A stretch of DNA of 64,000 nucleotides, from the NCBI GenBank assembly GCA_977018835.1, contig OZ361258.1, forward strand, positions 1,240,001-1,304,000, read 5' to 3'. Every line of letters begins with the position of its first letter. Position 1 is the first letter of the stretch. The notes below the pieces were generated by a model. It made no database searches, was not told the origin of the DNA, and was given only the letters and a program-made list of their open reading frames with translations. The stretch is from Minutocellus sp. GHC0000111. Lineage: Eukaryota. The translations under genes were made by a program, and so were the position numbers. Positions 35,873 to 48,119 of this stretch are shown here, piece after piece.

Positions 35873-36861
35873 ATGAACGACTTTCGCCGTAAGTTCGGGA
35901 AGGCCACGATGGAGCTGGTCGGGACGTTCATTTTGGTGTTCACCATCCAGCTCGCCGTGTCATCAGCGGGAAAGATGGCACCCGTGTCAATCGGACTCGC
36001 TCTGATGGCCGCTGTGTATGCTGGCGGGCCTATCTCCGGCGCTCATTACAACCCTGCCGTCAGCTTGGCAGTCTTTCTTCGTGGTAAAAGCACGTTGCAT
36101 GAGATGTTCGTAAGTCGAGAAGAATTTAAGTCGTTAAGATTTTTGTGCTACATGAATACATGTGTGTTCCATGACATTGCGTTGATACATATATTTCATT
36201 GCAGCAAAGAATCTTATTTTATTATAATATGTATCTTTCATTGCAGCAAAGAAACTTATTTTATTTTTATACATTCCATGTCTCTTTTCTTTTCTTTTCA
36301 GATCTATTGGGCATTTCAAATCGCAGGTCTGTGATTTGATAAATTCCTGAAATGTTTTTTTTCGATTTGCACCATGCGATGGAATTATGTCTAATTGGTT
36401 TGTTTTCGATATGTCTCTTTTAAACTTCTATCCCCCTTCCCTTCTTAGGCGGTTTTCTCGGTGCATTTATCGGTGGTATCATTGCTGGCGACCATGCAGT
36501 AGTAAGCATTGGGACAAAATATTTCATTGGTCAAGCTCTTCTCGCCGAGGTCATCTGGACATTCGTGCTTTGCTTCGTTGTCCTTGGCGTTGCCACCAAT
36601 AGCGCTACTGAAGGCAACAGCTTTTTTGGCGCTGCAATTGGTCTCACTGTCACCGCTGGGGCGTTCTCGATCGGAGGTATTAGTGGCGGTGCGTTCAACC
36701 CAGCTGTGGCCCTTGGACTGTCATTTGCCAAAAATCTTTCGAAAATTGGTTATTCTGGCTTTGTGGCTCTTGCAAATCTTCTTGGAGGTGCCATGGCGGC
36801 TGGATTATTTTATATTGTTGCACCTCCTGAAGAATTTTCGTCATATGACAGAGTTCCTTAA
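35873..36861 (+). CDS. Aquaporin (MIP family; introns 36110-36301 and 36327-36448)
   Basis: ELVGTF, SGAHYNPAVS, AEVIWTFVL and SGGAFNPAVA; the spliced frame is intact. Confidence 0.9.
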
Positions 36862-37037
36862 GTGAAGGTGAAGGAACACGATGCAACGTATAGAGTCTAC
36901 ATGCGTGTAAATGGATTTATTGTGAATTTCTGAGGAATGAAAAGAGTTGCATCGCTGTAGATGTATTATTAGGTGGAGCAAAGGATATTTGTATGTAAAT
37001 GTGCTTTAGATGCTGCATCATTGCTTTTTATGGTTAT

Positions 37038-37970
37038 CTATCTCCTCAACCTCAATTCTCTCTTTACCGAAGTGCTATCAGCTGCGTCACCCCCACCCCC
37101 GGCGGCTTCCAAAAGCGTCTTTCCAGATTTCTTCTTCATTATGAAGGCATTGTCCTTCAGCAGCGAGAACATGGACGCCTTCCATAACGCTTCCGTCTTG
37201 CCTTGGTCCAGCTCCCACTCCCCATTGGTCTGGTCCGTAATTTCTTTTATCCATTCGTCGCGCCACTTCATCGATGGACCCACGTGGCCTTCGCCTGGTT
37301 GGCCTGGATGGGCCGCACTGAACAGCAAATATTTTCGACTGGCCTGCGTCAACGCCTCGATGATGTGTGGATGATAGTCCACCGGCAAGTGTTCACAGAC
37401 CTCAATCGTCATGACCAAATCATATTGCATTTTCGGCAATTCATCAAGTGGAGTATTCACTAAGTCCGTCACCTCTTGCCTGAGCCCACGAAAGAGGCAG
37501 TCGCCCAAATCATGCGGCTCGATGATGATCAGATCCTTCACACCGGCATCCCGAAACGAGGTCATGTACGCACCGACGCCACCACCAAAGTCCAGTACGC
37601 CATCTCGTACGTCGGGGAATATCGATGGCAGGGCCCTGGCCGCCTTCGGATCCCTGGGCACTCGCTGCTCTCTGTGCGTGCAGGTGCCATCGTCCTTGCG
37701 ATAGGACCAGGCACCGCCCTCCTCGTCGTTGCAGTGCCCATTCTGCATCTTGTTGCACTTGAGCGGATCGTACTTCTTTGCGGGTTCCACAACATCAGCC
37801 GCTTCCGCCAAGATGCTGGAGGAAGATATGTTGTCATCATGCGATCGTAACAAAAGCAGGCCCAGAGGAACTGTGATGAGGAAGCTCGTCGCCAGCGTTC
37901 CTACAAATAGCGAAGAGGCCGATACCTTCCTCTTGCTGCCGCTACTACGGCTCATCGTCAGGGATCCCAT
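37038..37970 (-). CDS. Membrane-anchored class I SAM-dependent methyltransferase
   Basis: N-terminal TM segment; VLDFGGGVG, YDLVMTIEVCEHL and FSAAHPGQPGEGHV. Confidence 0.8.
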   Translation of the reverse strand: MGSLTMSRSSGSKRKVSASSLFVGTLATSFLITVPLGLLLLRSHDDNISSSSILAEAADVVEPAKKYDPLKCNKMQNGHCNDEEGGAWSYRKDDGTCTHREQRVPRDPKAARALPSIFPDVRDGVLDFGGGVGAYMTSFRDAGVKDLIIIEPHDLGDCLFRGLRQEVTDLVNTPLDELPKMQYDLVMTIEVCEHLPVDYHPHIIEALTQASRKYLLFSAAHPGQPGEGHVGPSMKWRDEWIKEITDQTNGEWELDQGKTEALWKASMFSLLKDNAFIMKKKSGKTLLEAAGGGGDAADSTSVKRELRLRR

Positions 37971-38182
37971 CTTGCTCCAAGAAATATGCCGCAAGTAAAT
38001 AAATAACGTGGAACCAATGTCCGTTCACGACCAACAGAAGAATCTTTCACTGTCTTTGCTTCGTCCGCATCCTGCCTCCCCATTTTCTCGGAACTTGAAG
38101 CGGCTGTTCGTTTCAAGTGCGTATCGGATCGGAACTGGCCTTGTAGTAGTAGAGGAGGAGACACTCAAGTATTAAAACAACC

Positions 38183-38989
38183 ATGTCGACAAAACTGAAC
38201 GAATTGGAGAATGCCACGGTGGGCATGACCGTCGGCGTCATCGAGGTCTTGTGCCTCCAAAGTTTCAACTACTGGAAGAACATGCTCCAACAGGGCCAGC
38301 CCCTCTCCCTCGACCCGCGGAAGCTGTACCGTGGCGTCGGTGCCAACTGCGTCAACATGGGGTCCTGCACCATGATCCAGTTCGCCATCGGCGGGTCGTT
38401 GAAGAAGGTCGTTCTGGGCGATTCCGGCCGGACGCAGCTCAAGCCGCACGAGGAGATGGCGTGCGGCATCGGTGCCGGCGTCGTGTCTGCTCTGGCCGGT
38501 TCGCCCCTCGAGCTGGTCATGATCCAGCAGCAGCGCAAGGGCACCGGATTCCTCGCTACGGCGGGGACGGTGGCCAACCCCGCCACGGCCATGCGTGGTT
38601 TTACCGGCGCCGCCATTCGCGAGGGATTGTGGACCTGTGGATATCTGTCCATCCCTCCCATCGTCCGGCGCAACCTTCGAGAGCAATTTCCGGAAAAGTT
38701 CGATACCGACAATAAGGCACGTGTCCCTGCCGCCCTTTTGGGTGGACTGTTCGCCTGCTACCTCACCCATCCCGCCGATACCATCAAAACATGCATGCAG
38801 GGCGATATCGAGCGGGTCAAGTACGGCTCGTTCACGGAAATGGCCAAGGCGGTCATGTCGGAGAGTGGCTTCACCGGCTTTTTCCGCGGTGCCACCTTCC
38901 GTTACGGTCGCATGTGCTGCGCTGTGTTTATGATGGACTACTTGCAGGCCCTCGTCGGACCGATGCTCTACCCCGCCAAGTTTGCTTAA
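38183..38989 (+). CDS. Mitochondrial carrier (SLC25) protein
   Basis: LYRG, SPLELVMIQQQ, HPADTIKTCMQ and FFRG signatures. Confidence 0.9.
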   Translation: MSTKLNELENATVGMTVGVIEVLCLQSFNYWKNMLQQGQPLSLDPRKLYRGVGANCVNMGSCTMIQFAIGGSLKKVVLGDSGRTQLKPHEEMACGIGAGVVSALAGSPLELVMIQQQRKGTGFLATAGTVANPATAMRGFTGAAIREGLWTCGYLSIPPIVRRNLREQFPEKFDTDNKARVPAALLGGLFACYLTHPADTIKTCMQGDIERVKYGSFTEMAKAVMSESGFTGFFRGATFRYGRMCCAVFMMDYLQALVGPMLYPAKFA

Positions 38990-39662
38990 TTAGACAGATG
39001 TAGTTGGCTGTGTATGTGGAGGAGTGTGCGGGTGAAGGATTTCAAAAGGCTGATTGAATGAAAACTTATTTCAATTGTTTTTTTTTTGTCATGTAGATAT
39101 TATATAAGTATTGAAGATACATGTAGTATGTAGGATGAAGTTTGCATGCCGTCAAATTGAATTACTAATCTCGAATAAGGAGTATCAATGACACTGGGGT
39201 CGTGGCGAAGAAGGTTGCCTTGGCCTTGCGCTTCTTGCTTGGCGCGCTTGGTGTTCTTTCTCTGGTGGACATTGCTACTATGCTCCGAGCTCAAAAATGA
39301 AACTGTGTGGAGAGAATGATTACACTTGGAGAAATAATAAAAGCAACCCCGGCTGGCTTGGTTCTGCCCTCAATTGACTGACTGTCGCGTGTGGTGTCTT
39401 TGCAACACATCTCCATCTGCAGCAAATAAATACGGTTGAAGGGCGGACGGTTCTCAAATTTGCAGATTATCGAACGCTAAAGGAACGGTCATTCGGTCCG
39501 GACGTCCGGTCATTGCCCAGGTTGCCAAACCCAAACCTCCACCTCCTCGGGGGCAAACTCCTCTGCATTCTGGACGTGTTGCCTCCTTCTTAAAGACCCG
39601 AGAACGATGGCACTGTACAGCACATAACATACCATCGTATTCGAACACATCTTATACAAACC

Positions 39663-42653
39663 ATGGACCATCGTCGTCCACCTCGGTCGAGGATACGGCG
39701 GCGTCCCACCGGCGGCTTTGTTTCTGGCGGACGAGGACGTCGAATGTCATTCTTGGGCGCAGGGGCGGCGCTGGCGGTGACCGGATGTCTGTCGCCGTCC
39801 AACTTCCCCGCAGTCCAAGCACAACCAAGACCAGAGATAATTGACTCTGGTCCCCAGTCTTCCACGAATCTTCGCCGTCGGGGCGGTGATGTTGCCTCAC
39901 CCTCGGAGACATTGTCAGAGGGCATCGAAAGTAGCCGAGAGTCATTGGCCGGCAGGTCCGATGGGTTCGACCCATCGTCGCCGCCGATGGACAATCGGCA
40001 GAACGACGGAGAAACTCTCAGCGGTGCCAACACTTTTCATGATTACAACGTGGATATGATGGGCCCACCAGCGAGCAGCGGCAGTGGTGGCACGAGCAGC
40101 AGCTCTGGTAGTACCGGAACTGGCACGACGCCCCCGCCGGCCGCGGTCATGACGTCCTTTGCCCTCCGAGGGAACGGCGGTGCGTCGTCGGCGACGGCCA
40201 CTAGTGCAACAAAGGATACGACGGTAGGCACGGGATATGCCTTCAAGTCTTCACGGCCTCCACCACCCCCAATCGTTCTGGACGACGAGGTTGCCGCGGC
40301 GGCACGGCGGATTGCCCAGACGACCCAAACGACCGGTGCTGCCAACAGCACGAGGACGGAAATGGTGGCACCATCAGTGGAAGAAGCAGAACTAGACGAC
40401 TCATCTAATGAAGGAAATGTGCAGTTGTCGTTATCATCCAATCATGCTGGAATGGACAGCCCGGTCGGTGCTCCCATCGATCGAAGAGATGCGGGCGCTG
40501 CTATTTCAACAATGGCCGCTAGTTATATTGATACCACAGAAAATGAACCAGAAGCCAGAGGGGATACTGGCAATGGCCCTGGTGGTGGGTTGGACAAGAG
40601 CTCCTCACAATCCGTCGATGATGCCCCAACGCCCTTCACAAGGCCCGGTAAATCTGCCAACATCCGACCAGCGGCCGCAGCGGCATCGGGCATGTCCGGT
40701 CTGGGCGGTCTTCTCAGCAAGTATGAGGAGCACGTGGCCGATGGTGGTGTCGAGGTGGGAGAAATATCGGCTTTTGAACAGGAAGGGGAGGAAGTGCACA
40801 CTGAAGAGGAGGAGGAGCCATTGCGGGATTACTCGTCGGATCCTGCGTTTCAATCTCTACCAGAAGAGCCTTCGCCCACCACATCTTACGAAACGATCGA
40901 TACGACCGCAGAAGAAGATTCCAACTCTGAGATTCTTGGCGAGGCCAGTGAAACTCTGCTCCGTGATGTGTCACATGTAGCAGATGCAGTAGAAGAAGAT
41001 TTGACACCACGGGAACCATTGGACGAAGTGGAAGAGGTTCCTCTCGCCGACTTTCTTGCAGACATTGATGCGGCCGATGCATCCATCATTCAAGAAGCGC
41101 GAGAATCGGCCACCATTGCGGCTACAGCGGCCGTCGTTCGGGCGAGTCTCAACGAGCATCAAATACCCCTCATGTCGTCCGAGGAAACCACAAAGAGACA
41201 GCAAGATAGAGAACGAGCACGTCGTCAAGTCGAGATCAATCGTCAAAAGACGCACGAGATTACCGTGAGGACGGACTGTTCGCATTACCATTGTCGAGAA
41301 GTGTCCAGCCCCAAGAATGATCCCGACGCTTGGGTATCCGTTGGTCCAAACGGGGGACGGTACAAGACCATCTAGCATGCTCTCGAGGCCGGTGAGAAGA
41401 ACATTTACGTCCAAGAGGGCACGTATGAGATACGACAGACTATCATCCTAGGACAAAATCATCAAGGTGTCCATATCCGAGGAGCATCGAGGGAGCGTAC
41501 AATCCTCAAGTTTGTTGGGATGGAGAGTTTCGTCGTTGTCTTCAATACCCGGGATGTGACCATTAGCAACCTCAGCCTCGACGCCAGATCGGCCAATCAC
41601 GATGACCTCAAGGACTTGGACATCTATGGTGCCCAACCAAAGCCTCGCGTAAACGGAGCGAAGCCCCAGCCTCAATGGCAAGTGGTTGGAGTTGTCAATA
41701 GCAGTGGCGTGACCATTATCGACACAGTCATCAACGCACCAAAGACCATGGTTCCAATATTCTTCACCGGACCCTTCTTTGCGTCGTCTAGAATTTACTC
41801 CACCTTCTTTGGTGGTAGCAAATCCCGCTATAGGCCAGGAGATTCTGAGACCGTCCAAGCTTACAGGGCAGGATCGCTCGACGAGGACAACGCTGTTCGT
41901 AACAATCACATCTATTCCGCCAGCGGAGGCGATGCCCTTGTTTTCACTCTGCAGCGGAACGGCGTGGTTGATGGCAACAAAGTGAGCGCAGGTGGTATTT
42001 CATTCTACATGAATCACGCATCGGTGTGCAACCAAAACACCATCTTGCGATCACCAAACTACGGTATCTATGTGACGGTCCCATCCAACCAGGTCGAGAT
42101 TGCCAACAACAAGATCATTCACTCCCAGAAGAGCGGTATCAAGGTAGGAAGAATGTCTGATCACGTCGAGCTTGGTCTTCCATCAATGGAGACCGAGGAA
42201 CGACCGCAATACCGAGCCACCGGAGTTGCCCTCGTTGGCAATCAGCTCTTCGATATCAAGAGTATCGGCATCGAGATCGAGCTAACTCATGGGTGTGTGG
42301 TCAAGCACAACAGCATTTCACGGACAGACTATTTTGGCATATTCCTCCAACACTCTGACAAGCCACTCATTATGAACAATAGACTGGAAGACTTTGGTTT
42401 GCTGGCCGATCGGCATGAACACAATGCTGGGATCTATGGTGCCGCCGCCGTTGCCGAGGCCGTCATCCGAGACAACATCATCATCGACTTCATGAGTCAT
42501 GGTGCTCGGTACGGGATGAAGATTGCTCCTCTTCCCGAAAACACGGGTGCTATTATCTCTCAAAATACAATATCGGGCCACTATGCGTCCGGGGAAAGTA
42601 TCTCTGCTCCGAATTCTTCAATTGAGAAGGATAATACCTACATATTTGACTAA
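39663..42653 (+). pseudogene. Low-complexity N-terminus plus right-handed beta-helix (pectin-lyase-like) protein with an in-frame TAG at 41373-41375
   Basis: The two ORFs share a frame: YKTI*HALEAGEKNIYVQEGTYEI...IRGASRERTIL..., followed by NN/GI-rich PbH1-like repeats. Confidence 0.75.
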
Positions 42654-42815
42654 GAAGGCAGACATCTTGGGAAGGAGAGCGAGTAGCTAGCTAATAATAA
42701 TTGCAATAGAATATTACTTGTTTCAGTGCCGAATTACTAGCATTGCCCGCATCTATCTACTTTTACATTCTCCATCTGATTCAAGGAACACGGTCTCTTT
42801 CCAACATAAATCGCT

Positions 42816-45422
42816 TTAGCGGACCTTGAGCCACTTTGCACTCTTCTTGAAGTGCTCAACAAACTCTTCATCATCAACCTTAGTGCTCTTGATATGACCC
42901 AGAGGAAAGTACAGGCTAATGAACTGCCCAGCCATTGGAAATTGGCTCAGACCTCCGGCGTTGACATTGACCACGTTGTAGTAGTGATTAGCTTCGTCGA
43001 CCATGCGCTTTGCGTGCTCATCGCTATGCTCAATCTTGATGGCCACCGACTTGTCGGCTTCAATGCCCTTGAGTGCAGCGAGCAAACCTTGATCGTTGGG
43101 GTCAACGGACAGCTCCACCTGATTGCGAGCATTTGTTGCGAAAAAGGGCAAGAACACGGGAAGCATATCATCGTAGCTCACGTTGGCATCGCACCGGATC
43201 GACGTGAGGCAGCCATCTAGCAAAGGTGGGCGCTGAAGCCCCCAAATCGCCGTTCGATCGCTGCCAAATCCTCTCTTGGGATTGTCTTGCGTAGCATTTG
43301 ACAGATAATTCAACAATTCCACGCAATATCCGCGGACTGCATCATCTTGAACGGCATCAATGGCAGCATGCGCCTCATCAAGATCTCCGCCGGCACCTTC
43401 GAGGTCGGCAGAGGACAAGGTCCTCAGATACTCGGCTTGATAAGACGAATCATAGGCAGGAGTGGAGCTTGGAACAACGACGGGGTATTTGGTGTAGAGA
43501 TCGAGAGATTTGCGTGGAGGGAACTCTCCGAAGACCTCTGACTCCTGTGGACGGGCTTGGCAGGTTAGAGCAGGTGGTGCCTTGGGGTCATTCGTGGAGC
43601 CGACGGTATAAACTACTTGCGCAGTCTTCTCAAATAGTTCTTGACCGAGCTTGAAGCCCAAAGGACGAGGGGCATTGACGGCCAACGAAATTGGCTGATT
43701 GGTAACCAACCAACGAGCTAGATCATCAATTCGAGTAGTATCACTGCTTCCTTGGAGATCGGATGTCGGAGCCTTGGTCGTCACATCGACGACGGCCTTT
43801 CGCCAGTATTCATTGATTCCTTCTTCGGGCATACTCGTGCTGACCTTGTAATGGACATCCTTGCTGCTGTGCTTTGTGTAGATCCCATCACTTGCATCAG
43901 GTGTGGTACTACCTGCATGGCCTTCAAAAATACAGTCGAATTGACCACCCTTGAGAGCGTCGGTGGCAGAAGCGGCTCCCATTGCCCCATCAAACAGCTT
44001 TTCGACATCTTCGGCCTTCACCGATTCCGGAACGACGGCATGACGGAGTGCCGTGCACTGCCCAGCACATTCGATGGTGGCACTCATCCGGATGGCATCC
44101 TGCACTTCCTTCGTCCACTCGGTAGTCACAAGAGTGTTGGGCCCACCGGTACTGGCAATGGTATTGGGATAGCCCTGCTTGATGGCAGCAGCCAGCTCTC
44201 GAGACGATGTGGTGTACAGCATCCCGGTGCTGTCCTTACAACTGGTGGTAATATCCACGATATCCTGCAATTCACACGACAGGTAGGTCGGCATGCCCGG
44301 GTCGATGCCTTCTTTCTCGAGAAGTTCCATCAGCAACTCCGTCCAGCGGTAACTGTGCTGAACGGTATTGCTACGGCCAAGCACAATGCATGGGATTCCG
44401 AGCTCCATGTTCCGAATGGTCTTTCGGAACAGATCGAGAAAGTTGGTAAAGTTGGAAACGCAGCTCACGTAGATGGGCTTGCGATTAATGATAATCTTGC
44501 CAGCCTCCTCATCGTCCAAAAGTAGGTCATTCATTCGACGTTCAACACTGTTGGCCATTATGGATTCTTCCATCTCAGTGACTCCATCCTGCTTCTGGAA
44601 GTCGATGCACTGGTTGCCAATGAGAAAGCCAGCGTGCTCGGTGAGAAGCAAATGCTCAATGCGACGGAGCGGATCTCGGATGTCTTTGTAGGGCGACTTG
44701 TATGTTTGGATGTGCTCCTTCAATTCCTTGACTTGCTCGGGGCTGGCAAAGTATTGGTGGCCATTGGCATTCGAAAGGGCATCCTTGGTGATCCAAAGAT
44801 TCGTCGGAGGAGAAAACAACTTCTCGCCCTTGAGGATGGTTGTCACCTGATGAAGCGAGTGGAGTTATGCGAAGTGAATTGGTATGAAGTCCATTAGATA
44901 CAAGGTATAAAAACACGAAATACTCGCTAGCTAGTCAATTCATGTCGGAATTGGATCGTGTCAATTGTAGCAATCTTCTTTGCGAACAACATATCTTTCT
45001 TGCACATCATGTGTTGCAAAATCAGCCATGCCTTTCACCGAATTGAATAGAACATCCAGCGCTGCCAAACTTAACGGATCATCGTACCACTTCTTCTGGT
45101 CGAACTTCTCTAAATACGCCAAGGCCGATGCTCTCAGGGCGTCGGTGTTGGGCTTCGGAAGATCGCGGAAGCAGTCCGCATATCCGGTTGAGGCGAAATT
45201 GTAGGCACCGACGCTGGCCGCACTGTGGTTTGGGTTGTGGTCGGGGACGGCACTGGCCTTGAATCGTTTCTGCTGCGGCTGCATCTGAAGAGATGTTGCA
45301 GAGCCGAAAGAAGAAGAGGCGAAGGAAGATCCACAGCAGGTGGCCTTGATGGCGGCGGTCGTGATGGCCCGACGAGAAGCAGTCGTCACAGCCGCGGCGC
45401 GTTGGGTGCTGCTGGAAAGCAT
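42816..45422 (-). CDS. Aldehyde dehydrogenase-superfamily protein with a mitochondrial-type presequence (intron 44847-45074, apparently with a TT donor)
   Basis: SNFTNF, ASTGGPNTLV, IECAGQCTALR and EVFGEFP. The N-terminus is Ala/Ser/Thr/Arg-rich. Confidence 0.7.
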
Positions 45423-45787
45423 TGCTCTGATCACGAGCTCAGTAATAATCAATGAGAGTCGATTATTGCTTGAGAAGCAAATTGTCAAAAGTTTTACAAA
45501 GCAAAGAGCAGGGAAAGTTGGTGGCTGCGAGCAGGAGAGGTCGACTCCCCAATGCAAGTTCAATAATTGTGGCATGTTCTCATGTCATCTTTTCTCGGTA
45601 CGTACGAGTTTCGTACGTATATTGGTCCTAGCGGTGGCTCGATGACGCGAAAGCGAAATCGACTCCCCCTTTTCCTCCTTTTCTTCCTTTTCCTTTCTCC
45701 TTGTCTTACGAACGTGCATGGTCTGACCTTCATCAGGCTATGTGATCAGTCCGTTGTTCGTGCAGTTTGCGATCACATCAGTCCAAG

Positions 45788-45928
45788 TTCCGAGGTCCAC
45801 GATCGGCTTAGACCGAGAATTACCTGCAATTCGCATCAGTTGCGGATCAAGAAGGGTGTATTCCGAGGTCCGCGATCGGCTTGGACCGAGAATTACCTGC
45901 AATTTGCATCAGTTGTCGATCAAGAAGG
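45788..45928. repeat. Imperfect tandem duplication, period 73 bp
   Basis: TTCCGAGGTCC(A/G)CGATCGGCTT(A/G)GACCGAGAATTACCTGCAATT(C/T)GCATCAGTTG..GATCAAGAAGG occurs at 45788 and 45861. Confidence 0.85.
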
Positions 45929-46785
45929 TCGCACACATGTGACTGTTTCAAGGGAGGCGGCGACGCTTCGGGCGAAGCGTGTTCTTGGTTTTCAAAAATT
46001 TTGTGCGTGGTGAACGTGTACCTAGGTATGGACTGGAAGAGGGCCTTCATGCCAGCAGAGACAGTCCTGACTACGTGGAAGACGACCAGGATTACTTGGA
46101 TTTTCTCACCGATTCTCTCCAGCATGGAGATGGAGAGGGTCGGTCCGATTGCGTCCTTAATTGAAGAAGCGCTTCTGTTGGAGAACGGTAGTGGCATTCG
46201 CAGTCAACACATAAACAGAATTCTGAGATCGGATGATGTTGCATCACTTGTTCAAGACAGCGACGATGAACTTCAAAACGAGGGAATGTTGCTTATTTTT
46301 TTCGGATGCATGATGCACCAGTTCATTAACTTTTTAAAGTTGGATCCAGAATATGCTTCCTTGTGTCAGTGTGGCCACAAGAGTGTCTTCGTCTCGAGAA
46401 TAGGAGATCACAAAACAGCAATAGTGCAAGTGGATCAACTCTTTCGTTTCCGTACACAATGTCGTTCATGAAGGAGTTGTTGGACGCGGCGAGCTCGGTC
46501 GAAGAACCCGACAGGCCTAATCCTGTTGTTGAGTTTGTTACGGACAAATCTCTTTGGGGTGTTTGGAAGGCATGTTGCCGCCATAATCACTCTAAAGGCG
46601 ATGGCCTGTTTGCAACGGTTTTGTCCATGACTTATGATGTGATGTTTCCTGTTTTCATTAAGAGGGCGCTGTCCATAATTTCCCCCGTTTTTAATCCCCC
46701 TTATTCTTATTTCTTATGACCAGCGAAGCATGACAAAAACTCGACCCCACCATGAGAATCGCCGCTCTGCCCCCTCTTCATTACG

Positions 46786-48015
46786 ATGAAGCGCAGCGCT
46801 GATAATAGTGCCGGCCCGGCCCACAACGCAGATACGCGGTTGCGGAAACTCAAGACAGATAACTCCGGTCGCCCGATTTTGCCTGTTGACAAGAAGAAAG
46901 AGAAGGCGGAGGACAAAGCGAAAGACGCCGTTACCGAGATACTGGAGGGCCTCGCCGTCACGTTGGAGAACGACCCGAACGGACAAGGACGAGAATTATG
47001 GAACAATCCCGGCGTCGGCCATGCACTTCAACATCTTGTCAAAGCAGTCGAGGCTCGCGCTGATAAGTATCATGTTCGGGATGATATTGATGTCGCTGCT
47101 GAGCGGCCCGGCCTCGTAGTTACCAACCTGTCCGTGGCTGATGTGAAGTTGAGGCTGACGGTCGGCATCGTCGATCAATTGCAAGATCCCATGTTTGACG
47201 CCGGACCTGAATTCTTCCCTATATTTCAACTTCATGGGAAACGGATCGATATTGGATCGGCTCTTGCTGCGCACGGCCGACCTTTCAACACCACATCGCT
47301 TACTTTGCTTGATGGAAGCGGAAAGCTTATCGTCGCTCGTGTTGCCCTGACAATTACCGAAAAGGCCCGAAGTCTACAACAGGGCCATGTGATCAAATTG
47401 ACAAAGTTCCACCGATGGCATGTGGCTCCATATGATGACATACACTCTACTGCTGGGATTGGACTAGTTGATTTTGATATTGTTGGAATGGGCCAACTTC
47501 TGCAGGTAGATGGTGGGCCATCAGCAGCGATCAGATCGGACACGGATGCTCTTGTTGCGGCCGTTTGTGAGGAAGGCGACGATGATCCGACGGCAGCGCC
47601 GGAGGCAGACACATTCGGTAATTGGGACGAGACCAGAGAGAGGCCGCCAATACCCCCTGCTTGCTGCACTGCCGCCAACCGAAGCTGCTCAATGTACGGC
47701 ACACTCTTCTTTCAGAAATGCGTCTGCGAAGAAATGCTGGTGCCGACGGAGGAGGACCTGGAGGATATCGCTGACAAATACTACGCAACCACCATGCCAG
47801 TCGAAGCCATGGCAAATAATTTGAAGAGGAACATGCTGTATTGGTACTATGCAACTGAGGTGTATCATGTGAGAGGTTGGCTTGATCGGAAGCCCTTGCC
47901 AACCTGTCTAGTCTTTTGCATTAGGTTCATTTATCCAAATGATAAAGGTGAACGATATGTTGGATTCATCCCTGGTCATCAAGATGAAGAGGAAGAAGAA
48001 GAGGAAAATGCATAA
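46786..48015 (+). CDS. Transposon accessory protein (OB fold plus KolX-like), copy 2
   Basis: 409 aa, with one residue difference from copy 1 (RWYV vs RWHV). Confidence 0.75.
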   Translation: MKRSADNSAGPAHNADTRLRKLKTDNSGRPILPVDKKKEKAEDKAKDAVTEILEGLAVTLENDPNGQGRELWNNPGVGHALQHLVKAVEARADKYHVRDDIDVAAERPGLVVTNLSVADVKLRLTVGIVDQLQDPMFDAGPEFFPIFQLHGKRIDIGSALAAHGRPFNTTSLTLLDGSGKLIVARVALTITEKARSLQQGHVIKLTKFHRWHVAPYDDIHSTAGIGLVDFDIVGMGQLLQVDGGPSAAIRSDTDALVAAVCEEGDDDPTAAPEADTFGNWDETRERPPIPPACCTAANRSCSMYGTLFFQKCVCEEMLVPTEEDLEDIADKYYATTMPVEAMANNLKRNMLYWYYATEVYHVRGWLDRKPLPTCLVFCIRFIYPNDKGERYVGFIPGHQDEEEEEEENA

Positions 48016-48119
48016 TCATTACCTCAACACATGTAGATAACAAGAATGTGCGTAGCACATGAGTAACAGCACACAATAAATCCATTTTTATTTACAGTGA
48101 TAAAATATTTTACACGTGT

